NCBI GenBank assembly: GCA_963727805.1 | Contig: CAVSHF010000005.1 | Coordinates: 1,177,790 to 1,241,789, forward strand | Direction of reading: 5' to 3' | Source of the DNA: an uncultured Nitrospiraceae bacterium | GTDB taxonomy: Bacteria; Nitrospirota; Thermodesulfovibrionia; Thermodesulfovibrionales; Dissulfurispiraceae | Length of the DNA stretch: 64,000 nt | Shown: positions 29,040-38,760 of the stretch, piece after piece | Position numbering within the stretch: the first letter of the stretch is position 1 | Layout: the number at the start of each line of letters is the position of its first letter | The notes under the pieces: model-generated | Told to the model about the DNA's origin: nothing | Seen by the model: the letters and a program-made list of their open reading frames with translations, nothing else | Database searches by the model: none | Translations under genes and position numbers: made by a program

Positions 29040-29874
29040 TGACCTTGCCGCTTTCCAAATCCCTTTTTCTGCCCGTCGTTTTAAGGTAAACAAAAAGGCC
29101 GATCATTGCAAGGAGTGTTACCACTCCAGCGACAGACAGGAGCATGAAAAAACGGTCCTGGTTTGCCGGCTGGTGCGAGAAACAATACAAAACTTGCTTT
29201 TTCAGACTGGACATGACCGTCCCTCGTGATGCATTGGCAAGTTCCAGAGTCAGTTCGGCTGGTGAAAATATGATGGGATATTCGACCCCGTATTGATATT
29301 TTGACAGATAATCATAGCCAGTTATCCTTCCTTCCGCCGATAGAAAAATCAGTACGACCGGATGTATAAACCCGTGCCCGTCCTGCTGAAAATGAAAGCC
29401 GATCGCATCGGTAATACTCCTGATACTCTCTCTGTCCCCCGTCAGAAACTTCCACGCATCCTGAGGGAAATGCATTCCCGTCGCCTTGACATAATTTACT
29501 TTTTTTTCACGTGCGATATCCGGATCATCTCTTTCATCGAAGCTTATAGTTATCAGCTGATATTCCATCCCAGGAGTGAGTTTGACATTCCCCATTGCAG
29601 CGGCAAGTCCACCGAGTGCCTGTGGACAAATACGGTCGCAGGTTAAATATACAAACGTCAATATCGTCGGCTTCCTGATGATATCACGCAACTTCATGAA
29701 TGCACCATTTTCGTCACGAAAAGTGAGATCGAGAGGGATGTAATCTCCCGTTTTTTCAGAGATGCCTATATCCCGCGAAATGACTTCCTGATGTCCCGTT
29801 GAGGAACCAGGCAAAAAAATGCCCAATAGTATGAGCAGAGGCAGGATATTCTTTACGATTAGAGGTGACGTCAT
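29029..29874 (-). CDS. SCO1/SenC copper chaperone
   Basis: 'YLTCDRICP' CxxxC, 'WKFLTG', 'FIHP'; heads the cox cluster. Confidence 0.88.
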   Translation of the reverse strand: MTSPLIVKNILPLLILLGIFLPGSSTGHQEVISRDIGISEKTGDYIPLDLTFRDENGAFMKLRDIIRKPTILTFVYLTCDRICPQALGGLAAAMGNVKLTPGMEYQLITISFDERDDPDIAREKKVNYVKATGMHFPQDAWKFLTGDRESIRSITDAIGFHFQQDGHGFIHPVVLIFLSAEGRITGYDYLSKYQYGVEYPIIFSPAELTLELANASRGTVMSSLKKQVLYCFSHQPANQDRFFMLLSVAGVVTLLAMIGLFVYLKTTGRKRDLESGKVNGK

Positions 29875-30053
29875 GTATTTGTTATAGATGTACCAAATTA
29901 TTGGTTACAATTCAATCAACAGCTGATATGCCAAATTCATCTCACTGGCATCTCTTGTTGAATACCATTCAAAATCTTAATAGCATGAATAGGTAGGCAT
30001 AATAATTAGCGAAATAAAAAATCATAATCGATTCAGCCAACGGAGGAACAAAC

Positions 30054-30620
30054 ATGGCAGCAAAAGAAGGATTTAGGATTCTCGGCTTTGCCGGCAGTCT
30101 CAGAAAAGATTCATACAACAAAGCCCTTCTTCGCGCAGCCCTGGAGTTGCTCCCCGAAGGTGTCGAAATGGATACATTTGACCTTGAAGGGATTCCCCCC
30201 TTCAATCAGGACCTCGAGGGTAACCCGCCGCAGAAGGTAACTGATTTCAAGACAAAGATCAGAAGCGCTGATGCTCTTCTGGTGGCCACGCCGGAATACA
30301 ACTATTCGATACCAGGCGTCCTGAAGAATGCTATTGACTGGGCCTCTCGCCCCTATGGTGACAACGCCTTCCAAGAAAAGACCGTTGCATTCATGGGCGC
30401 GTCGATAGGCATGCTTGGCACTGCTCGGGCGCAATACCATCTACGCCAGTGCTGCGTCTTTCTGCAAATGCACCCCGTAATCGATCCAGAGGTCATGGTC
30501 CCTTTTGTCTCCGACAAAGTCGATAGCAAGGGACGATTAACCGATGAGAAGACGAAGGACAAAATAAGGGAATTGATCGAAAGCCTCGTAATCTGGACGA
30601 AAAGACTGAAGGTAAAATAA
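30054..30620 (+). CDS. NAD(P)H-dependent FMN reductase (ChrR/SsuE-like)
   Basis: 'GSLRKDSYN', 'TPEYNYSIPGVLKNAIDWASRP'. Confidence 0.92.
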   Translation: MAAKEGFRILGFAGSLRKDSYNKALLRAALELLPEGVEMDTFDLEGIPPFNQDLEGNPPQKVTDFKTKIRSADALLVATPEYNYSIPGVLKNAIDWASRPYGDNAFQEKTVAFMGASIGMLGTARAQYHLRQCCVFLQMHPVIDPEVMVPFVSDKVDSKGRLTDEKTKDKIRELIESLVIWTKRLKVK

Positions 30621-30735
30621 ACGCCCCCCTCCTATCCCCTCCTTTGCGAGCCATAGGTCGTCGGGGGAGGGGATGATTGCAAAGCATCTTGTCTATCTGT
30701 TACCTCTGTCGCTATGATAATGAGGAGATATCGCT

Positions 30736-31947
30736 ATGATTCACGAGGAAATTGTGACGACAGGCTCTTTGGATAAACCTGTTTATCTATTCTGCGGCAG
30801 CCTTATCGACGGCAGCGGTGGGCCAGTTCTTGAGCGCGCCCTCATAACTATTAAAGATGGCCTCATCACAGGCGTTGAGGAAACGCGTGGTATCCCTTCT
30901 GGAACCGAGGATTTGGGCGACTGCACTATTATCCCCGGTCTCGTTGATTGCCATGTCCATCTCTTCATGTCCGGCACGACTGATCCCTCTGTTCGAAAAA
31001 GTCAGTTGAGCTATTCTTTTGATGAAGCAGGATCGATCATCAAACGTCACCTTGCCGCTCAGCTTAACCATGGCGTTTTTACCGTGAGAGACGGTGGCGA
31101 TTACGGTGGCCATGCACTGCGCTACAAACGCGAAGTGATGCCCACCACACGTAATCCGATACTCATGCTATGCGCCGGCCGGGCATGGCATGCCGCGGGT
31201 CGTTATGGAAGCCTCATCGGCAGATCGCCGTCTGACGGGATAACCCTAGCCCAAGCTATTTCTGAGAGTAATGAGAAACCAGATCACGTCAAGATCGTTA
31301 ATTCGGGTATTAATAGCCTGATGGATTTCGGCAAAGAGACTGCTCCCCAGTTTAGCCTTGAAGAACTGACTGAAGCGGTGAGGGAGGCAGCGAAGCTCGG
31401 GCTTAAAACTATGGTTCACGCTAACAGTCGCTTACCCGTCAGGAATGCGGCCGAAGCTGGGTGCCATTCTATAGAACATGGCTTCTTCATGGGGGAGGAC
31501 AATCTCAAGCTTCTTGCAGACCGCCGGATTTATTGGGTCCCAACAGTCGGCACCATGAAAGCTTATGCAGAGCAGATCAAAAAAGGAACACGGGAAACAG
31601 AAATCGCATTAAGAAACCTCGACCATCAGCTCGGACAAATGCGTATCGCCCGAAAGCTCGGAGTGCCCATGGCTATCGGCACCGACTGCGGAAGCCTCGG
31701 CGTCCATCATGGCGCTGCATTCTCGAAAGAGATGAAGCTGTTCATGGAAGCGGGGTTTTCACTAAATGAGGTTATTCGCTGCGCTACCACTAACGGAGCA
31801 AAACTACTTGGCGTTGATGATAAAATCGGAGGATTGCAGGTTGGAAAGCCGGCCACGTTTATCGTGGTAAAAAGCGCTCTGCAGGCGTTGCCTGATGCTT
31901 TAAAGACACCCGAAAGAGTATATTTCAGAGGGATTAAGATTGGTTAG
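30736..31947 (+). CDS. Amidohydrolase-family metallo-hydrolase
   Basis: 'IIPGLVDCHVH', 'MVHA', 'SIEHG', 'IGTDCG'. Confidence 0.88.
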   Translation: MIHEEIVTTGSLDKPVYLFCGSLIDGSGGPVLERALITIKDGLITGVEETRGIPSGTEDLGDCTIIPGLVDCHVHLFMSGTTDPSVRKSQLSYSFDEAGSIIKRHLAAQLNHGVFTVRDGGDYGGHALRYKREVMPTTRNPILMLCAGRAWHAAGRYGSLIGRSPSDGITLAQAISESNEKPDHVKIVNSGINSLMDFGKETAPQFSLEELTEAVREAAKLGLKTMVHANSRLPVRNAAEAGCHSIEHGFFMGEDNLKLLADRRIYWVPTVGTMKAYAEQIKKGTRETEIALRNLDHQLGQMRIARKLGVPMAIGTDCGSLGVHHGAAFSKEMKLFMEAGFSLNEVIRCATTNGAKLLGVDDKIGGLQVGKPATFIVVKSALQALPDALKTPERVYFRGIKIG

Positions 31948-32007
31948 GCGAAACTATGATTATCATGCGAACCGTGCAAAGGCATGGTACGAGTCTTTAT
32001 ATCTTGC

Positions 32008-32379
32008 TCAATCGGTTCTGTCTTGTTTGTTTTCGCCTTCGGCAACATCAGTTGTATCAGTCGGCATGTGATAGGCAACAAAAAAAATAATAAAAGATAT
32101 AAATATGAAAATACAGGCTACAGTGAATGCGAGTGACCGTCCATGCCATAACCCATCAAACCAGCGAGAAAACTCATCTGCAAGTACACTCCATTTCCCC
32201 GCATAAAGCTCCAGGTTATGCCTATACGTGTTGGAATGTTCAAATTCATAAATCAATAAATTTTCCGAAGCATCCCCAGCTGTCAGATAAATCAATATAG
32301 CGCTACCCAGGCCAACCATCAGGATAATGGCGGCAATCAGGTAAAGACGAGTTTGGAGATTTGTGATTTTCCAGTGCAT
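32008..32379 (-). CDS. Hypothetical membrane protein (2 TM)
   Basis: Two hydrophobic segments; 'YRHNLELYAGK...WFDGLWHG'; start uncertain. Confidence 0.55.
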   Translation of the reverse strand: MHWKITNLQTRLYLIAAIILMVGLGSAILIYLTAGDASENLLIYEFEHSNTYRHNLELYAGKWSVLADEFSRWFDGLWHGRSLAFTVACIFIFISFIIFFVAYHMPTDTTDVAEGENKQDRTD

Positions 32380-32544
32380 AATATGGCAGTACCTAATTGT
32401 AACATACAACATGGCCCGTCATGTCATAGTTGCAAACAGCTGCAGAAAAAAGAAACAGATCATAATATATCATTGTACATTTCTCAAAGAAAGATGTATA
32501 TTCCGTTTATCATGACTTAAATACACATAATAAGGAGGCATAAT

Positions 32545-32898
32545 ATGAAACAAGTTTGCCTTGGTCTGTTGGTATTCTTACTTGCATCTGCCATTTACTC
32601 GCAGTCGCAGGCAGCTTGGTGGTTGGAAAAAGAAGCAGGCAACAAGAGAATTGAGATTTCTGACAAAAAGTTGCCATTCCATGTGGGAGTCTTAAGGTGC
32701 GTGGTTTCAGGGACTGTTTTTTCACGGATGCAGGATGACACCGTTGCCGAGCATAGAAATCTTATCTGTTGGGTTTCTCAAGATACATTTGTAACAGTAC
32801 AGGCTGATTGTGAGTACCCTAGAAGTACAATAACCGTTTTGAAAATATCGCAGAAAGGCAAGGTATATAAACCGGCTTTGATATGTGGGAAAAAATAA
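32545..32898 (+). CDS. Hypothetical secreted protein
   Basis: AAGGAGG RBS, signal peptide ending 'SQA', four mature Cys. Confidence 0.6.
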   Translation: MKQVCLGLLVFLLASAIYSQSQAAWWLEKEAGNKRIEISDKKLPFHVGVLRCVVSGTVFSRMQDDTVAEHRNLICWVSQDTFVTVQADCEYPRSTITVLKISQKGKVYKPALICGKK

Positions 32899-32984
32899 AT
32901 AACAAAAGTTGTGTGACTTAGTTCGGAAGCTATTAATGCTATAAACGGCAATGCCCACAAGGATACGTCCTGTCTTTTCCGCTC

Positions 32985-33530
32985 TTAATAAAGGTAGAGT
33001 CCCAGTCTATTCAAGTAATCATCTCCCAAAAGCATCGGGTGATAAGCAAATCCTTCTGCCAGATCATCAACATGTCTTGCTGCTATTGCATATAAGAGCT
33101 CTGGTTTCTTAGTGGCTATTGCTATCTTGGTGTTAAGCGTTGCGTCGAATATTTCCATGGAGGGCATGGTTATCCATGCGTGGAGACCAATATTTGTGTT
33201 TACAATACCCTTGACAAGAAGTTGTTTTAGCTGTTCTTCTGTGTATCTAGAAAAGCAGTTTGATGGTTCCTCGACCCAGCCCAAGGTGAAGATGGCAGTC
33301 GTCTTGAAAAAATCGTCGATGATTAGCTTAATCCCATGATTGATCTCAAAGCATTGAGCTGTCAACTCTTCCGGACTGGGCCGCCCAATTGTTTTAAATA
33401 TTGATTTCATGAGTTCTTGCATGGTTTCTTTTGTAAAAAATCTATTTGGTGAGACAGGCAGTATTGACGGGGCGACAAGACCAAAATCTTTTGTCCTTAC
33501 AACTGCCTCATCGAATTCTTGATTATACAT
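32985..33530 (-). CDS. Hypothetical protein
   Basis: 181-aa ORF, 'LHAWITMPSMEIFDAT', 'YHPMLLGDDYL'; AT-rich surroundings. Confidence 0.6.
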   Translation of the reverse strand: MYNQEFDEAVVRTKDFGLVAPSILPVSPNRFFTKETMQELMKSIFKTIGRPSPEELTAQCFEINHGIKLIIDDFFKTTAIFTLGWVEEPSNCFSRYTEEQLKQLLVKGIVNTNIGLHAWITMPSMEIFDATLNTKIAIATKKPELLYAIAARHVDDLAEGFAYHPMLLGDDYLNRLGLYLY

Positions 33531-33733
33531 AAGATATCCTTTATGCTTTTAATATTTACAATGTTTTGTTGGGCGTTAGTGAAAATTCTATTATTTTAGC
33601 TTGCTGATTATTTGCCTATTACTCATTGCGATATATTATAGCAGGTTTCAAAAGTGTACGCAGAAAGATGATATATGCATGACTGTATGTTCAGAACTAA
33701 CAATACATGTTGCTTAAAAGCAACTTCTTCTTT

Positions 33734-34130
33734 TCATGTACCCCAGCAGATAGCTAAGGAATAACGCAATCGCCTTACCCCTACCTTGGTCATGGGCTTA
33801 TACAAAGTTATACCGTCTTTCGGATAAGTGATGACCCCTCCTTCCACCGACTCCAAGCCGCTTCTCAAGCGGCAACTTACACGGGAAAATATGGTGCTAT
33901 CGACAGGAATATCTCCTTGAACAAGTGCCTCCATCGGCTCACCGGATGGCAGTAACCCCTTCCCGATACATCATCTCGCCGAGTTTTAAGGCCTCTTCTA
34001 TCGACAGTCCGGCAACGTTGGCCGACGCACCGTCTGCGGCCGGAACAACAACGGAAAAGAAGCCCCTTAAGAGCAGCGGCACTAGTATCTAGACGACCAG
34101 AAATTTGAAATCAGGTCGATGCTCAGACAT
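33734..34130 (-). pseudogene. Decayed cytochrome c gene (SCO-associated type)
   Basis: ATG 34130, in-frame TAG at codon 14, +1 frameshift in a G-run near 33958 (YREG|LLPSGEPMEA), heme motif eroded to RVSCR, truncated. Confidence 0.7.
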
Positions 34131-34719
34131 TAGGGTCATTTATTAGTGCTTTCTGATATTCGTCCATTAGTTCCGAGGTTGCTACAAGACCGTCGATCCG
34201 GAACCACTGGTCCTGGATCGGAGAATACAGGAAGGTAAGCGGCTAATGTGTCATTTTGTCTACAGTATAGGCATTGAATGCGTGCATAATACTTTCGATA
34301 TCCGTTTTTCCCCCGGTCAGGAAATCCCATCCGGGTTTTGCGCGAAACTTTTTGAGATACCCCTTCAGAACTCTTGGGGTGTCATGCTCCGGATCGATCG
34401 ATATGGAGATCAGTTGGACCTTATCGGAACCTGATCCAAGTTTGTTTTGGAAATTCACAAAACTGGCCGATAGAACCGGACACATGGTCGTACCTGTTCC
34501 AAAGATAAAATCCAGTATGACTACTTTGCCCTGTTTTACGAGCTCCTTTATTTTCACATTTTCCCCATCCTGATTAAACAGCGTCACATCGGGCATTCTA
34601 TAGTCCTGGATAGTCCGTTTATATGTCGGCCTATCAGCACCGCACACCTCGCTTGCAAAAAAAGAGATTATCAGTGCGATGATTAGGCCGACTGAAGATA
34701 ATTTTTTCCATTGTGCCAT
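34123..34719 (-). pseudogene. SCO-family pseudogene
   Basis: CxxxC mutated to 'GTTMC'; in-frame TAG at 34243-34245 followed by plausible continuation 'PLTFLYSP...WFRIDGLVAT...' to TGA 34123. Confidence 0.75.
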
Positions 34720-34889
34720 TCACCCCCACCCGTTCTTTCGATGCCCCATTGTATTTCTCATGGTAAATGGTAAATGGAATACAGGGATTATGCATATCTA
34801 TTGTATAAACATTGCCAATGCGCTTCAATGTATCGGAAATTGCAGATCGGGGAAAGCGGGCTAGAAGGAACAGCTCGAGACTGATTTGA

Positions 34890-35858
34890 TCAGCCGAGTA
34901 TTTTTGCCGCTTCTTTAGCGAAATAGGTGAGGACAAGGTCGGCGCCTGCACGTCTGATCGATGTAAGAATCTCCATCATTGCCCGCTCTTCATCGATCCA
35001 TCCAAGCTGTGCAGCAGCCTTCACAAGGGAATATTCACCGCTCACGTTATAGGCGGCAACCGGGAGATTGAAGGTGTTTCTTACGTCGGAGATGATATCG
35101 AGATAAGCAAGAGCTGGCTTCACCATGACAATGTCAGCACCTTCGGCGATGTCCATGGCGACCTCTTTCAGCGCCTCGCGCCTGTTTGCCGGGTCCATCT
35201 GATAAGAGCGTCTGTCTCCGAACTGCGGTGTAGACTCTGCAGCTTCCCTGAAAGGTCCATAAAAAGCTGACGCATACTTTGCGGCATAGGACATGATCGG
35301 GGTACCACCAAATCCCTCTTGATCGAGGGCTGATCGTATGGCGGCCACCCTGCCGTCCATCATATCGGAAGGCGCCACCATGTCGGCGCCGGACTTGGCA
35401 TGGGAGACGGCTTCGAGAGACAGCAACTTTAAAGTCTCATCATTGTCGACATCCCCCTTGGCAATAACGCCACAATGGCCGTGGCTCGTGTATTCGCAAA
35501 GGCAGACATCGGTAATGACATAGAGCTCAGGAACAGTATCCTTTATTGCCCTGATTGCCTGCTGGACGATGCCATCGTCGGCATAAGCCCCGGTCCCAAG
35601 TTCATCCTTATCTTCGGGTATTCCAAAGAGAATGATCGATTGGATGCCAAGGGAATAAACCTCTTTTGCATTCCTGACCAATTTATCCACGGACTCCTGA
35701 TAGCAGCCCGGCATCGAGGAGATCTCTTTTCTGACGCCTTTGCCGAAAGTCACAAAAAGGGGATAGATTAAATCGTCGGGAGATACGGTGGTCTCCCGAA
35801 TCATCTTTCTGATGACAGGATTGCTTCTCAGCCTTCTATATCGATGTACAGGGAACAT
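34890..35858 (-). CDS. hemB: Porphobilinogen synthase
   Basis: '[14 protein letters not shown]', 'APSDMMDGR', 'SAFYGPFRE', 'MVKPAL', 'AYNVSGEY'. Confidence 0.96.
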   Translation of the reverse strand: MFPVHRYRRLRSNPVIRKMIRETTVSPDDLIYPLFVTFGKGVRKEISSMPGCYQESVDKLVRNAKEVYSLGIQSIILFGIPEDKDELGTGAYADDGIVQQAIRAIKDTVPELYVITDVCLCEYTSHGHCGVIAKGDVDNDETLKLLSLEAVSHAKSGADMVAPSDMMDGRVAAIRSALDQEGFGGTPIMSYAAKYASAFYGPFREAAESTPQFGDRRSYQMDPANRREALKEVAMDIAEGADIVMVKPALAYLDIISDVRNTFNLPVAAYNVSGEYSLVKAAAQLGWIDEERAMMEILTSIRRAGADLVLTYFAKEAAKILG

Positions 35859-35963
35859 ATCAGTGTCTGGAAAAATCAGTGCCTTGGTGACCAAGTTGGA
35901 AGGTGAATGAAGCAGACCGGCCATTGATTTGCCGATCTGCCCATTCACTCACTTATTATTTGT

Positions 35964-36311
35964 TTATGAGCAACTGCTGCAGCCGGACCCGCATGATGAG
36001 GCCTGACCGCCCGAACCGCACGAAGAGGCCGGTCCACCACTCAGAATAAAGCCTGCCCGCTCGCCGTCATCGAAGTAGTCGAGCTGCATTTCATCAAGTG
36101 ACGCGATGCAGCCGCTATCAACAAAGACTTTAAGGCCGTCCTTCTCGAAGACCTGATCTTCAGCAGCAGCCTTCTCGTCTATATCAAGCCCAAAGGAAGG
36201 ACCGCAGCATCCTCCGCCGGCGTTGTAAACCCTGAGTCCCCACTCTGCCTTGCCTTCTTCCGCAAGGACTATTTTGGCCTTTTCGGCCGCCTTCTCGGTG
36301 ATCGTAAACAC
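35964..36311 (-). CDS. IscA/HesB-family Fe-S carrier with Cys-rich tail
   Basis: 'TITEKAAEK', 'GLRVYNAGGGCCGPSFGL', tail 'ASSCGSGGQASSCGSGCSSCS'; GTG 36311 with GGAGG RBS. Confidence 0.8.
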   Translation of the reverse strand: MFTITEKAAEKAKIVLAEEGKAEWGLRVYNAGGGCCGPSFGLDIDEKAAAEDQVFEKDGLKVFVDSGCIASLDEMQLDYFDDGERAGFILSGGPASSCGSGGQASSCGSGCSSCS

Positions 36312-36409
36312 ATGAACCTCCAAAGTTTTGATACCTTTAGAATAATCTAAAATTGCTTCAAAAAGCAAATTTTGACCTTTTGGCATGATATAGGATATTT
36401 TAGTAGGTT

Positions 36410-37471
36410 ATGTACATACTCCATCGTTTCATTCTCAGGGAGTTGCTCCTCTCTTTCCTGTTGTCGGTTGTCTTTCTGAACTTTACGCTGATGATGGAAA
36501 AGCTCCTTAGATTGAGCCGGCTCTTATCGAGCGTCGGCGCTTCCCCGGTGGATATCGCCCAAGTCATTCTTTTTTTGCAGCCTCAGCTTTTTATCCTCAC
36601 CATACCTATGGCAATGCTCCTTTCAGTGCTTCTGACTTATTTCAGATTGACCGCCGACAATGAACTCGTAATCATGCGAAACATCGGGATGCCCTTCCGG
36701 CTTATTGCACGACCGGTGGTGTATCTAGGCATCGCGTGCTTCGCAGTCAGCCTTTCGATGAGTTTTTACCTTGGCCCCGCAGGGAGCGTCATGCTGAGAG
36801 AAAAAGTTTCAAATATACTGATAACGAGGGCTCCTCTCGCGATTGAAGAGGGTATCTTCAACACCTCTTTCAAAGATATGGTGATGCTCGTTAAAGAGAA
36901 GCCGGCACCGGACATTCTCTCCGGTATCTTCATCGTTGATGAGAGGAAAAAAGACGAGCCGAAGATAATCGTAGCCAAAGAGGGCCATATACTTTCCGAA
37001 GCAGACGCTCTCAGCTTCGCTCTCACAGGCGGACATGTTTATATCACCGGCAAGAACTCCTTTACTGAAATCAAATTCGGATCGTACTATTTCAGGCTTA
37101 CTCCCGCTATAGAGCCTGGCAACAGAAGAAGCAGCGAACTTACTCCTTTGGAGCTGATTGCGGCATCAAAGAGCACACCTGACAAGAAAATACCATATCT
37201 CCTGGAGTTATACCGGCGAGTCTCGATGCCAGGTGTCTGCCTGATTATCATCTTTCTCGGTCCCTCACTCGCATTGATCGCGGGGAAAACAGGAAGGCTC
37301 GGAGGTCTAACGATCGGCCTGCTGGTATTTGCCGCATATTATTCGGTAATGCTCTATGGCGAGAACCTTGCGCGTTCTGGTGTCCTGCCTCATTTCGTGG
37401 GGGCCTGGCTTTCCTTCATACTGCTCGGGACTTTTTCAATATTTGCTTTTGAGAGGGTGAATAAAAGATGA
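36410..37471 (+). CDS. lptF: LPS export ABC permease LptF
   Basis: YjgP/YjgQ family: 'ILHRFILRE', 'RLTADNELVIMRNIG'; paired with lptG. Confidence 0.82.
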   Translation: MYILHRFILRELLLSFLLSVVFLNFTLMMEKLLRLSRLLSSVGASPVDIAQVILFLQPQLFILTIPMAMLLSVLLTYFRLTADNELVIMRNIGMPFRLIARPVVYLGIACFAVSLSMSFYLGPAGSVMLREKVSNILITRAPLAIEEGIFNTSFKDMVMLVKEKPAPDILSGIFIVDERKKDEPKIIVAKEGHILSEADALSFALTGGHVYITGKNSFTEIKFGSYYFRLTPAIEPGNRRSSELTPLELIAASKSTPDKKIPYLLELYRRVSMPGVCLIIIFLGPSLALIAGKTGRLGGLTIGLLVFAAYYSVMLYGENLARSGVLPHFVGAWLSFILLGTFSIFAFERVNKR

Positions 37472-38586
37472 CGCTCAAAATACAGCGGATGTATATCGCC
37501 GATTTCTTCAAGGTGCTTTTTATCCTCACTGTCGGGATGTCGGCTCTCTTCGGAGTTCTCAGTCTCATCGACAAGATGGAAGAATTCATGCCATACCGGC
37601 CTGCCTCCAAGCTGTTGCTCCAATACGCCCTCGCAAGCATTCCCCGCAATGTCATCTATTTTCTGCCGATGACTACTTTGCTGAGCAGCCTCTTCATCTT
37701 TTCGCTGGCCATCAAAAGAAGGGAGGTCGTCGCAATAAAAACCTCTGGAGGAAAGATGAAGAGAATTCTCGCCCCCTTCATCATCATCGGCGTTCTTCTG
37801 ACATTGACCGGGTTCATACTTGGTGAATTTATCGTACCAGTTACTGCCAAGAAGGTGCGGTCGTTAGCAAGCGAGATCACAGGCAAGGGCAAAAGAATGG
37901 CATTTTTTAAAGAAGGCACCCTATATATGCGGGGGAAAGACGGATCGATTGTAAAAATCGCACTTTTCATGCCATCCCAAAACCTCTCCAAAGGGGTAAG
38001 TATCTTCAAGTTCGATGAAGAAGGATTAAAGGAGCGGATCGACGCCGAGACTGGCACATGGGAAAACGGCATCTGGAAATTGAAAAACATAGTCATCTAT
38101 GACCTCGCCACCGGTAAGGTTTCATCGATGCCCGAGATGGTTTATACAGCGATCGAATCGCCTAAGATCTTCAGCGAGGACTCAATCAAGGTCGAAGAGA
38201 TGACCTTGACAGAACTCATCAGATACAAGAACAGGTTGGCGGAGGCCGGATTTCGCAACGTAAAGCTTTCGGTCGACCTCGGATCGCGTCTTTCATACCC
38301 CATCGTCAACCTCTTCATGCTTCTCCTCGGCATATCGTTGTCCATTGGTGGAGAACAAAAAGGCATCGAAAAAATCTTCAGGATTAAGAGTCATGGGACC
38401 CACTCGAATGCGGGAGTCATATCGGCAGGAATGGGTCTGTTGATCAGCGTTCTTTACTGGCTGGGTTACTCATTCTCTCTTTCTCTGGGATATTCGGGCA
38501 CCGTCCCTCCCATCATGGCGCCGTGGATAGTGCCGGTGCTCTTCTCTGTTGTCTCCCTTTATCTTTACTACAATATACCAGAATAG
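37468..38586 (+). CDS. lptG: LPS export ABC permease LptG
   Basis: YjgP/YjgQ family: 'REVVAIKTSG', 'RIDAETG', 'MAPWIVP'; ATGA overlap with lptF. Confidence 0.82.
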   Translation: MTLKIQRMYIADFFKVLFILTVGMSALFGVLSLIDKMEEFMPYRPASKLLLQYALASIPRNVIYFLPMTTLLSSLFIFSLAIKRREVVAIKTSGGKMKRILAPFIIIGVLLTLTGFILGEFIVPVTAKKVRSLASEITGKGKRMAFFKEGTLYMRGKDGSIVKIALFMPSQNLSKGVSIFKFDEEGLKERIDAETGTWENGIWKLKNIVIYDLATGKVSSMPEMVYTAIESPKIFSEDSIKVEEMTLTELIRYKNRLAEAGFRNVKLSVDLGSRLSYPIVNLFMLLLGISLSIGGEQKGIEKIFRIKSHGTHSNAGVISAGMGLLISVLYWLGYSFSLSLGYSGTVPPIMAPWIVPVLFSVVSLYLYYNIPE

Positions 38587-38760
38587 AGGCCCTGAGCGGA
38601 CGGTAAATACTTCATGGTAGAGTCCCCACATGACCAAATGTCGATCGGCAATCAGGAAAGTGACAGCTGGAGAAGCATGATCGGCAAATGAAAGCGGGAT
38701 AAATTGGAATCCTGATACCTTCGCCGGGTCCGGTGCTGGAAGGCAACAAGTCAGTTATTA

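Noticed and set aside
30624..30673. CCCCCTCCTATCCCCTCC...GGAGGGGAT hairpin as a dispersed repeat
   Set aside because: Only one degenerate copy is in the window; probably a simple 3' stem-loop.
34243..34245. In-frame TAG in the SCO gene as possible pyrrolysine or read-through
   Set aside because: The same gene has lost a CxxxC cysteine and its neighbour carries a stop, a frameshift and an eroded heme motif. No pyl genes are in the window, so ordinary decay is simpler.
35964..36311. HesB-like protein as a selenoprotein
   Set aside because: The motif is encoded as Cys-Cys; there is no in-frame TGA.
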